Assembly: GCA_032718475.1 (NCBI GenBank)
Contig: JAUCBJ010007360.1
Location: 1-53,003 of the forward strand
Reading direction: 5' to 3'
DNA length: 53,003 nt
From: Nemertoderma westbladi
Taxonomy: Eukaryota; Animalia; Xenacoelomorpha
In this document: piece by piece, positions 32,302-43,780 of the stretch
Layout: each line of letters opens with the position of its first letter
How positions within the stretch are numbered: the stretch's first letter is position 1
Made by a program: the position numbers and the translations under genes
Notes under the pieces: generated by a model
The model's database searches: none
Seen by the model: only the letters and a program-made list of their open reading frames with translations
Told to the model about the DNA's origin: nothing

Positions 32302-35300
32302 CGGATTGGGCTGAGGCTGGTGGAAGGGTGGAGCTGGAGCCACAGCGGGTGGTATAGGGAGGAGCAGTTGGATTGGGCTGAGGCTGGTCGAAGGGTGGAG
32401 CTGGAGCCACAGTGGGTGGTATAGGGCGGAGCAGTTGGATTGGGCTGAGGCTGGTGGAAGGGTGGAGCTGGAGCCACAGCAGGTGTTATAGGGAGGAGCA
32501 GTTGGATTGGGCTGAGGCTGGTGGAAGGTTGGAGCTGGAGCCACAGCGGGTGGTATCGGGAGGAGCAGTTGGATTGGGCTGAGGCTGGTGGAAGGGAGGA
32601 GCTGGAGCCACAGCGGGTGGTATAGGGAGGAGCAGTTGGATTGAGCTGAGGCTGTTGGAAGGGTGGAGCTAGAGCCACAGCGTGTGGTTTAGGGAGGAGC
32701 AGTTGGATTGGGCTGAGGCTGGTGGAAGGGTGGAGCTAGAGCCACAGCGGGTGGTATAGGGAGGAGCAGTTGGGTTGGGCTGAGGCTGGTGGAAGGGTGG
32801 AGCTGGAGCCACAGCGGGTGGTATAGGGAGGAGCAGTTGGATTGGGTTGAGGCTGTTGGAAGGGTGGAGCTGTAGCCACATCGGGTGGTATAGGGGGGAG
32901 CAGTTGGATTGGGCTGAGGCTGGTGGAAGGGCGGAGCTGGAGCCACAGCGGGTGTTATAGAGAGGAGCAGTTGGATTGGGCTGAGGCTGGTGGAAGGGTG
33001 GAGCTGGAGCCACAGCAGGTGTTATAGGGAGGAGCAGTTGGGTTGGGCTGAGGCTGGTGGACGGGTGGAGCTGGAGCTACAGCGGGTGGTATAGGGAGGA
33101 GCAGTTGGATTGGGTTGAGGCTGTTGGAAGGGTGGAGCTGTAGCCACATCGGGTGGTATAAGGAGGAGCAGTTTGATTGGGCTGAGGCTGGTAGAATGGT
33201 GGAGCTGGAGCCACAGCGGGTGTTATAGGGGGGAGCAGTTGGATTGGGCTGAGGCTGGTGGAAGGGCGGAGCTGGAGCCACAGCGGGTGTTATAGAGAGG
33301 AGCAGTTGGATTGGGCTGAGGCTGGTGGAAGGGTGGAGCTGGAGCCACAGCAGGTGTTATAGGGAGGAGCAGTTGGATTGGGCTGAGGCTGGTGGAAGGG
33401 TGGAGCTGGAGCCACAGCGGGTGGTATAGGGAGGAGCAGTTGGATTGGGCTGAGGCTGGTGGAAGGGTGGAGCTGGAGCCACAGCAGGTGTTATAGGGAG
33501 GAGCAGTTGGATTGGGCTGAGGCTGGTGGAAGGGTGGAGCTGGAGCCACAGCGGGTGGTATAGGTGGAGCAGTTGGATTGGGCTGAGGCTGGTGGAAGGG
33601 TGGAGCTGGAGCTACATTGGGTGGTATAGGGAGGAGCAGTTGGATTGGGCTGAGGCTGTTGGAAGGGTGGAGCTGGAGCCACAGCGGGTGTTTTAGGGAG
33701 GAGCAGTTGGATTGGGTTGAGGCTGGTGGAAGGGCGGAGCTGGAGCCACACCGAGTGTTATAGAGAGGAGCAGTTGGATTGGGCTGAGGCTGGTGGAAGG
33801 GTGGAGCTGGAGCCACAGCGGGTGTTATAGAGAGGAGCAGTTGGATTGGGCTGAGGCTGGTGGAAGGGTGGAGCTGGAGCCACAGCAGGTGTTATAGGGA
33901 GGAGCAGTTGGATTGGGCTGAGGCTGTTGGACGGGTGGAGGTGGAGCCACAGCGGGTATTATAGGGAGGAGCAGTTGGATTGGGCTGAGGCTGGTGGAAG
34001 GGTGGAGCTGGAGCTACATCGGGTGGTATAGGGAGGAGCAGTTGGATTGGGCTGAGGCTGTTGGAAGAGTGGAGCTGAAGCCACAGCGGGTGTTATAGGG
34101 AGGAGCAGTTGGATTGGGTTGAGGCTGGTGGAAGAGCGGAGCTGGAGCCACAGCGAGTGTTATAGAGAGGAACAGTTGGATTGGGCTGAGGCTGGTGGAA
34201 GTGTGGAGCTGGAGCCACAGCAGGTGTTATAGGGAGGAGCAGTTGGATTGGGCTGAGGCTGGTGGAAGGGTGGAGCTGGAGCCATAGCGGGTGGTATAGG
34301 GAGGAGCAGTTGGATTGGACTGAGGCTGGTGGAAGGGTGGAGCTGGAGCCACAGCGGGTGGTATAGGGAGGAGCAGTTGGATTGGGCTGAGGCTGGTGGA
34401 AGGGTGGAGCTAGAGCCACGGCGTGTGGTATAGGGAGGAGCAGTTGGATTGGGCTGAGGCTGGTGGAAGGGTGGAGCTGGAGCCAGAGCGGGTGGTATAG
34501 GGAGGAGCAGTTGGATTGGGCTGAGGCTGGTGGACGGGTGGAGGTGGAGCCACAGCGGGTATTATAGGGATGAGCAGTTGGATTGGGCTGAGGCTGGTGG
34601 AAGGGTGGAGCTGGAGATACAGCGGGTGGTATAGGGAGGAGCAGTTGGATTGGGCTGAGGCTGTTGGAAGGGTGGAGCTGGAGCCACATCGGGTGGTATA
34701 AGGAGGAGCAGTTTGATTGGGCTGAGGCTGGTAGAATGGTGGAGCTGGAGCCACAGCGGGTGGTATAGGGAGGGGCAGTTGGATTGGGCTGAGGCTGGTG
34801 GAAGGGTGGAGCTAGAGCCACAGCGTGTGGTATAGGGAGGAGCAGTTGGATTGGGCTGATGCTGGTGGAAGGGTGGAGCTGGAGCCACAGTAGGTGTTAT
34901 AGGGAGGAGCAGTTGGATTGGGCTGAGGCTGTTGGAAGGGTGGAGCTGGAGCCACATCGGGTGGTATAAGGAGGAGCAGTTTGATTGGGCTGAGGCTGGT
35001 AGAATGGTGGAGCTGGAGCCACAGCGGGTGGTATAGGGAGGGGCAGTTGGATTGGGCTGAGGCTGGTGGAAGGGTGGAGCTGGAGCCACAGCGGGTGTTA
35101 TAGGGAGGAGCAGTTGGATTGGGCTGAGGCTGGTGGAAGGGTGGAGCTGGAGCTACATCCGGTGGTATATGGAGCAGCAGTTGGATTGGGCTGAGGCTGG
35201 TGGAAGGGTGGAGCTGGAGCCACAGCGGGTGGTATAGGGAGGAGCAGTTGGATTGGGCTGGTGCAAGCGGAAGGGTGGAGCTGGAGCCACAGCGGGTGTT

Positions 35301-38300
35301 ATAGGGAGGACCAGTTGGATTGGGCTGAGGCTGGTGGAAGGGTGGAGCTGGAGCCACAGCGGGTGGTATAGGGGTGAGCAGTTGGATTGGGCTAAGGCTG
35401 GTGGAAGGGTGGAGCTGGAGCCACAGCGGCTGGTATAGGGAGGAGCAGTTGGATTGGGCTGAGGCTGGTGGAAGGGTGGAGCTGGAGCCACAGCGGGTGG
35501 TATAGGGAGGATCAGTTGGATTGGGCTGAGGCTAGTTGAAGGGTGGAGCTGGAGCCACAGCGGGTGGTATAGGGAGGAGCAATTGGATTGGGCTGATGCT
35601 GGTAGAAGGGTGGAGCTATAGCCACAGCGGGTGGTATAGGGAGGAGCAGTTGGATTGGGCTGGTGCAAGCAGAAGGGTGGAGCTGGAGCCACAGCAGGTG
35701 TTATAGGGAGGGACAGTTGGATTGGGCTGAGGCTGGTGGAAGGGAGGAGCTAGAGCCACAGCAGGTGTTATAGGGAGGAGCAGTTGGATTGGGCTGAGGC
35801 TGGTAGAAGGGTGAAGCTGGAGCCACAGCGTGTGGTATAGGGAGGAGCAGTTGGATTGGGCTGAGGCTGTTGGAAGGGTGGAGCTGCAGCCACATCAGGT
35901 GGTAGGGAGGAGCAGTTCAATTGGACTGAAGCTGGAGCCACAGCGGCTGTTATAGGGAGGAGCAGTTCGATTGGGCTGATGCTGGTGGAAGGGTGGAGCT
36001 GGAGCCACAGCGGGTGGTATAGGGAGGAGCAGTGGGATTGTGCTGAGGCTGGTGGAAGGGTGGAGCTGTAGCCACAGCGGGTGGTAGGGATGAGCAGTTG
36101 GATTGGGGTGATGCTGGTGGAAGGGTGGAGCTGGAGCCACAGCGGGTAATATAGGGAGGAGCAGTTGGATTGGGCTGAGGCTGGTGGAAGGGTGGAGCTG
36201 AAGCTACAGCGGGTGGTATAGGGAGGAGCAGTTGGATTGGTATAAGGCTGGTGGAAGGGTGGAGCTGGAGCCACAGCGGGTGGTATATGGAGGAGCAGTT
36301 GGATTGGGCTGGTGCAAGCGGAAGGGTGGAGCTGGAGCCACAGCGGGTGTTATAGGGAGGGACAGTTGGATTGGGCTGAGGCTGTTGGAAGGGTGGAGCT
36401 AGAGCCACAGCAGATGTTATAGGGAGGAGCAGTTGGATTGGGCTGAGGCTGGTAGAAGGGTGAAGCTGGAGCAACAGCATGTGGTATAGGGAGGAGCAGT
36501 TGGATTGGGCTGAGGCTGGTGGAAGGGTGGAGCTGGAGCAACAGCGGGTGTTATAGGGAGGGACAGTTGGATTGGGCTGAGGCTGGTGGAAGGGTGGAGC
36601 TGGAGCCACAGCGGGTGTTATAGGGAGGGACAGTTGGATTGGGCTGAGGCTGGTGGAAGGGTGGAGCTGGAGCCACAGCATATGTTATAGGGAGGAGCAG
36701 TTGGATTGGGCTGAGGCTGTTGGAAGGGTGGAGCTAGAGCCACAGCAGATGTTATAGGGAGGAGCAGTTGGATTGGGCTGAGGCTGGTAGAAGGGTGAAG
36801 CTGGAGCAACAGCGGGTGGTATAGGGAGGAGCAGTTGGATCGGGCTGAGGCTGGTGGAAGGGTGGAGCTGGAGCTACATCGGGTGGTATAGGGAGGAGCA
36901 GTTGGATTGGGCTGAGGCTGTTGGACGGGTGGAGGTGGAGCCACAGCGGGTATTATAGGGAGGAGCAGTTGGATTGGGCTGAGGCTGGTGGAAGGGTGGA
37001 GCTGGAGATACAGCGGGTGGTATAGGGAGGAGCAGTTGGATTGGGCTGAGGCTGTTGGAAGGGTGGAGCTGGAGCCACATCGGGTGGTATAAGGAGGAGC
37101 AGTTTGATTGGGCTGAGGCTGGTAGAATGGTGGAGCTGGAGCCACAGCAGGTGGTATAGGGAGGGGCAGTTGGATTGGGCTGAGGCTGGTGGAAGGGTGG
37201 AGCTAGAGCCACAGCGTGTGGTATAGGGAGGAGCAGTTGGATTGGGCTGATGCTGGTGGAAGGGTGGAGCTGGAGCCACAGCAGGTGTTATAGTGAGGAG
37301 CAGTTGGATTGGGCTGAGGCTGGTGGAAGGGTGGAGCTGGAGCCACAGCGGGTGTTATAGGGAGCAGCAGTTGGATTGGGCTGAGGCTGATGGAAGGGTG
37401 GAGCTGGAGCCACAGCGGGTGGTATAGGGAGGAGCAGTTGGATTGGGCTGGTGCAAGCGGAAGGGTGGAGCTGGAGCCACAGCGGGTGTTATAGGGAGGA
37501 CCAGTTGGATTGGGCTGAGGCTGGTGGAAGGGTGGAGCTGGAGCCACAGCGGGTGGTATAGGGGTGAGCAGTTGGATTGGGCTGAGGCTGGTGGAAGGGT
37601 GGAGCTAGAGCCACAGCGGGTGGTATAGGGAGGAGAAGTTGGATTGGGCTGGTGCAAGCGGAAGGGTGGAGCTGGAGCCACAGCGGGTGTTATAGGGAGG
37701 ACCACTTGGATTGGGCTGAGGCTGGTGGAAGGGTGGAGCTGGAGCCACAGCGGGTGGTATAGGGGTGAGCAGTTGGATTGGGCTAAGGCTGGTGGAAGGG
37801 TGGAGCTGGAGCCACAGCGGCTGGTATAGGGAGGAGCAGTTGGATTGGGCTGATGCTGGTGGAAGGGTGGAGCTGGAGCCACAGCGGGTGGTATAGGGAG
37901 GATCAGTTGGATTGGGCTGAGGCTAGTTGAAGGGTGGAGCTGGAGCCACAGCGGGTGGTATAGGGAGGAGCAATTGGATTGGGCTGATGCTGGTAGAAGG
38001 GTGGAGCTGGAGCCACAGCGGGTGGTATAGGGAGGAGCAGTTGGATTGGGCTGGTGCAAGCGGAAGGGTGGAGCTGGAGCCACAGCGGGCGTTATAGGGA
38101 GGGACAGTTGGATTGGGCTGAGGCTGGTGGAAGGGTGGAGCTAGAGCCACAGCAGGTGTTATAGGGAGGAGCAGTTGGATTGGGCTGAGGCTGGTAGAAG
38201 GGTGAAGCTGGAGCCACAGCGTGTGGTATAGGGAGGAGCAGTTGGATTGGGCTGAGGCTGTTGGAAGGGTGGAGCTGTAGCCACAGCGGGTGGTAGGGAT

Positions 38301-40420
38301 GAACAGTTAGATTGGGCTAAAGCTGGTGGAGCTGGAGCCACAGCGGGTGGTATAGGGAGGATCAGTTGGATTGGGCTGAGGCTAGTTGAAGGGTGGAGCT
38401 GGAGCCACAGCGGGTGGTATAGGGAGGAGCAATTGGATTGGGCTGATGCTGGTAGAAGGGTGGAGCTGGAGCCACAGCGGGTGGTATAGGGAGGAGCAGT
38501 TGGATTGGGCTGGTGCAAGCGGAAGGGTGGAGCTGGAGCCACAGCGGGTGTTATAGGGAGGGACAGTTGGATTGGGCTGAGGCTGGTGGAAGGGTGGAGC
38601 TAGAGCCACAGCAGGTGTTATAGGGAGGAGCAGTTGGATTGGGCTGAGGCTGGTAGAAGGGTGAAGCTGGAGCCACAGCGTGTGGTATAGGGAGGAGCAG
38701 TTGGATTGGGCTGAGGCTGTTGGAAGGGTGGAGCTGCAGCCACATCAGGTGGTAGGGAGGAGCAGTTCGATTGGACTGAAGCTGGAGCCACAGCGGCTGT
38801 TATAGGGAGGAGCAGTTGGATTGGGCTAAAGCTGGTGGAGCTGGAGCCACAGGGGGTGTTATAGGGAGGAGCAGTTGGATTGGGCTGAGGCTGTTGGAAG
38901 GGTGGAGCTGGAGCCACATCGGGTGGTAGGGAGAAGCAGTTGGATTGGACTGAAGCTGGAGCCACAGCGGCTGTTATAGGGAGGAGCAGTTGGATTGGGC
39001 TGATGCTGGTGGAAGGGTGGAGCTGGAGCCACAGCGGCTGTTATAGGGAGGAGCAGTTCGATTGGGCTGATGCTGGTGGAAGGGTGGAGCTGGAGCCACA
39101 GCGCGTGGTATAGGGAGGAGCAGTGGGATTGGGCTGAGGCTGGTGGAAGGGTGGAGCTGTAGCCACAGCGGGTGGTAGGGATGAGCAGTTGGATTGGGAT
39201 AAAGCTGGTGGAGCTGGAGCCACAGGGGGTGTTATAGGGATGAGCAGTTGGATTGGGCTGAGGCTGTTGGAAGGGTGGAGCTGGAGCCACATCGGGTGGT
39301 AGGGAGAAGCAGTTGGATTGGACTGAAGCTGGAGCCACAGCGGCTGTTATAGGGAGGAGCAGTTGGATTGGGCTGATGCTGGTGGAAGGGTGGAGCTGGA
39401 GCCACAGCGGGTGGTATAGGGAGGAGCAGTGGGATTGGGCTGAGGCTGGCAGAAGGGTGGAGCTGTAGCCACAGCGGGAGGTAGGGAGGAGCAGTTGGAT
39501 TGGGCTGAAGCTGGTGGAGCTGGAGCCACAGCGGGTAATATAGGGAGGAGCAGTTGGATTGGGCTGAGGCTGGTGGAAGGGTGGAGCTGAAGCTACAGCG
39601 GGTGGTATAGGGAGGAGCAGTTGGATTGGTATGAGGCTGGTGGAAGGGTGGAGCTTGAGCCACAGCGGGTGGTATAGGGAGGAGCAGTTGGATTGGTATG
39701 AGGCTGGTGGAATGGTGGAGCTGGAGCCACAGCGGGTGGTATAGGGAGGAGGAGTTGGATTGGTATGAGGCTGGTGGAAGGGTGGAGCTGGAGCCACAGC
39801 GGGAGGTATAGGGAGGAGCAGTTGGATTGGGCTGAGGCTGGTGGAAGGGTGGAGCTGGAGCCACAGCGGGTGGTATAGGGAGGAGCAGTTGGATTGGGCT
39901 GGTGCAAGCGGAAGGGTGGAGCTGGAGCCACAGCGGGTGGTATAGGGAGGATCAGTTGGATTGGGCTGAGGCTGGTGGAAGGGTGGAGCTGGAGCCACAG
40001 CAGGTGTTATAGGTAGGAGCAGTTCGATTGGGCTGAGGCTGGTGGAAGGGTGGAGCTGGAGCCACAGCGGGAGGTATAGGGAGGAGTAGTTGGATTGGGC
40101 TGAGGCTGGTGGAAGGGTGGAGCTGGAGCCATAGCGGGTGGTATAGGGAGGAGCAGTTGGATTGGGCTGAGGCTGGTGGAAGGGTGGAGCTGGAGCCAGA
40201 GCGGCTGGTATAGGGAGGAGCAGTTGGATTGGGCTGAGGCTGGTGGAAGGGTGGAGCTGGAGCCACAGCGGGTGGTATAGGGAGGAGCAGTTGGATTGGG
40301 CTGAGGCTGTTGGAAGGGTGGAGCTGCAGCCACATCAGGTGGTAGGGAGGAGCAGTTCAATTGGACTGAAGCTGGAGCCACAGCGGCTGTTATAGGGAGG
40401 AGCAGTTCGATTGGGCTGAT
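32302..40420. repeat. 67-bp G-rich satellite, ~120 copies
   Basis: Unit ggagcagttggattgggctgaggctggtggaagggtggagctggagccacagcgggtggtataggga with variants, deletions and higher-order duplications. Confidence 0.97.
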
Positions 40421-41745
40421 CGGACATATTTAAGTTATGTCCTTTTCTAGGAGAGGATGGCCTAATACGTATGAACAGCCGATTGGTGAAGACACCAACA
40501 AACCCTGATATGGCACAACCCATAATCCTATCCTCCAGTTGCCCAGTGACCAGGTTGATAGTGAGGTATACACATTCAGAGAACATGCACACAGGCAGAG
40601 ATCATACTTTGGCGATAGTAAGACAAATTTATTGGATTGTGGGGGGACCTTCTTTGGTAAAACGTATTGTATCCAGATGTGTACCCTGCAAAGTTCGCAA
40701 CCCAACTCCACTTAACCAAATAATGGCACCTCTACCCATCGATCGCATTACAGCATTTGAACCCTGCTTTACCTACACTGGTGTTGATTATTGGGGATTT
40801 ATGCTTGTACAACAGGGCAGAAGATCTGTGAAGATGTGGGGCGTAATTTTTACTTGCCTAGTCTCTCGAGCCGTTGCACTAGACTTAGCAGAAGATCTAT
40901 CTGCAAGCACATTCATAAACTGCTTCCGTAGATTTGTCTGCCAATATGGAAATGTAAAACTACTCAGATCCGACAATGGAACAAATTTCGTCGGAGCCGA
41001 AACCGAATTATCTGACGCAATCGACCACTGGGACGTTTCACGAATTCAACACAACTTAGGCCCTCAAACGAAATTCGAGTTCCAAGTACCTTATGCACCT
41101 CACACATCTGGAGTTTGGGAACGATTGAATCGGCCTGCTAAGGATGCTTTACGTGTTGCCCTAGGAAACAAGCTAGTCACCGAAGGCGTAGTGAGAACAG
41201 CACTCGCTGAGGCAGCAAGAATTATGAACTCAAGACCGCTCTGTAAAGTAACAGATGATCCGACTGCCGACCAGGTACTGACACCAAACGACTTGTTATT
41301 ACGTAAGATAGTTTCACCTTGCCCTGGGGTATATGAGGAGGGTGATATATATTGTCGAAAGACCTGGAAGCAGGCACAGGCATTGACTGAAATATTCTGG
41401 GATAGATGGCTTCTAGAATACTTACCGCTGTTGCGAGAAAGACAAAAGTGGTTCACTAAGAAAAGAAACCTACAACCAGGCGACCTTGTACTTCAAATGA
41501 CAGACACAAAGAATAGACGAACGTGGATCACCGGGGTGATAGACTCTGTAAATCTAGGATCCGACGGTTGTGTTAGATCAGCACAAGTTAGGTGTGGCGG
41601 CACAATCTACTCTAGACATGTCACAAAGCTATGCTTGCTCGAGGCGACCATTACAGAGGAAGAAACTGACGCAAAACGAGCAAATGAGGACTCAGCAGAT
41701 TCGTCTGACATTGCTCACGATAATAATATGAACGCAATTCAATAG
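40421..41745 (+). CDS. 5'-truncated BEL/Pao pol: complete integrase region
   Basis: KLCPFLGEDGLIRMNSRL, H..MH...CVPC, GVDYWG, RSDNGTNFVGA, GVWERL, NSRPL, FWDRWLLEYLPLL, DGCVRSA; track ORF 40471-41745. Confidence 0.93.
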
Positions 41746-41751
41746 TATGAT

Positions 41752-41950
41752 AATTCAATTAAACTCTGCCTTATTATGTACGTAATGGAAGTTGTGTACC
41801 ATCAACCCTTGAAGTAGTTAATTAAACTCTGCGTCATTATGTACGTAATGGAAGTTGTGTACTATCAACCCTTGAAGTATTGAAGTAATTAATTAAACTC
41901 TGCGTTATTATGTAATTAATGGATTTATGTAGCATCAACCCTAGAAGTAG
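41752..41950. repeat. Three ~60-70-bp tandem repeats just after the integrase stop
   Basis: aattaaactctgc..attatgta..aatgga...atcaaccct recurs three times. Confidence 0.85.
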
Positions 41951-42049
41951 AAGGTTTCGTTCGAATAGATCTAGAATAATTTATATGTACTGGCAACTCC
42001 GGAATTAAAGAAGACTAACTTATATTTAGTGACTTTATTAATGATACTC

Positions 42050-42174
42050 TACGCTGGCGAATAAAGTAATATAATACGCTGGCGAATAAAGTAATATAAT
42101 ATGCTGGCGAATAAAGTAATATAATACGCTGGCGAATAAAGTAATATAATACGCTGGCGAATAAAGTAATATAT
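42050..42174. repeat. 25-bp tandem repeat, five copies, each containing AATAAA
   Basis: tacgctggcgaataaagtaatataa. Confidence 0.9.
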
Positions 42175-42422
42175 GTAATAATACGTATGTTATGTATAAT
42201 GACAAATATGTATGGCATTGGACCTCTCCACTAAATGGATTTTAGAACTGTAATAATGTAATGTGGATATTAGTATCACCGAGTGACAACGACTGGGATG
42301 ATATGAATTTATTATGGAAATGTAATAATAATTATTTCTTTGTTTATTTCCAAAGTTATTACATCAAATTATATCTCATTCTACTCTACACTAGTCAACT
42401 TGAAGGAGATACCTGGGGACAC

Positions 42423-42993
42423 CTGGGTCTACTTGACATTATCCTTAGTCCTGGGTCGACTTCACGCCTGGGTCCTACCTTGAATTATCCTTAGCCCTGG
42501 GTCGACTTCAGCCTGGGTCTACTTGAATTATCCTTTGTCCTGGGTCGACTTCAGCCTGGGTCTACTTGAATTATCCTTAGCCCTGGGTCGACTTCAGCCT
42601 GGGTCTACTTGAATTATCCTTAGTCCTGGGTCGACTTCAGCCTGGGTCTACTTGAATTATCCTTAGCCCTGGGTCGACTTCAGCCTGGGTCTACTTGAAT
42701 TATCCTTAGTCCTGGGTCGACTTCAGCCTGGGTCTACTTGAATTATCCTTAGCCCTGGGTCGACTTCAGCCTGGGTCTACTTGAATTATCCTTAGCCCTG
42801 GGTCGACTTCAGCCTGGGTCTACTTGAATTATCCTTAGTCCTGGGTCGACTTCAGCCTGGGTCTACTTGAATTATCCTTAGTCCTGGGTCGACTTCAGCC
42901 TGGGTCTACTTGAATTATCCTTAGTCCTGGGTCGACTTCAGCATGGGTCTACTCGAATTATCCTCAGCCCTGGGTCGATTTCAGCCTGGGTCT
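42423..42993. repeat. 43-bp tandem repeat, ~13 copies
   Basis: gggtctacttgaattatccttagYcctgggtcgacttcagcct. Confidence 0.95.
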
Positions 42994-43780
42994 TTTCAAA
43001 TATAACAGCCATATGGGTCAGATATAGTTGGTTGGCTCGGTGTATAAATATCGAATCACATACAGCTTGTGGTTAGCGGTTAAGTGGTGCGTTAATTTGT
43101 TTCATTTCGGCAGATATTCACTTAACTATTGGGTTAAAAGGACATCAATAACTCGATGTATCAACTTCGAAGGAACACTATGAGTAGCTATTTGATTACT
43201 ATTTGATTCGTTGACCTGATTTGTACTGTACGGCACTATTATTATAAATAACTTAATCAGTAATCTTTGTACGTCACATAGTCCACTTAATCTCGTATAT
43301 TAAATGTCCCAACGGCTCCTGTTGAATTTTATCAAATTTAATAAATTTAACATTAATTTATTGTTTAAAACTTATTGCAACGACAGTGAGAATTTCAATG
43401 TATATCTGAATTAATTATTTTTCTTATTGAAAGTTATAGGTAGTGTGCTAGGTAAAATATAGTTATAAGTATTCATAAAGTGCAAGCTTCCTTTTTTGGT
43501 GTGTGTGTGTGTAGGTGGGTGTGTGTGCGTAACATCCTCAGCTTAAGGTCCTTGGTTGGGCAATTCGGTGGGGACGGTACGGTACGTGTTGTATGTATAA
43601 TATGCGTGATTATAGTGTGCGTGAGGAAAGCTTTTAACTTTAATTTAATTTCAGTTTGTAACTATATAGGCCCTGTTGTGTTTGTAGTTTCGTAATACGT
43701 TACACATATTCCGGGAGGCAGTCAATTATATTCATATAATTATATTTGTAATTTCAGTTTCACTTTAATTACGGAGGCAG

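Noticed and set aside
32094-40381. Proline-rich ORFs containing PTAPPY, a late-domain-like motif
   Set aside because: The 67-bp unit is not a multiple of 3, all frames cycle, and stops arise at common variants, so this is a satellite artefact
42423-42993. CRISPR array
   Set aside because: Contiguous 43-bp units without spacers
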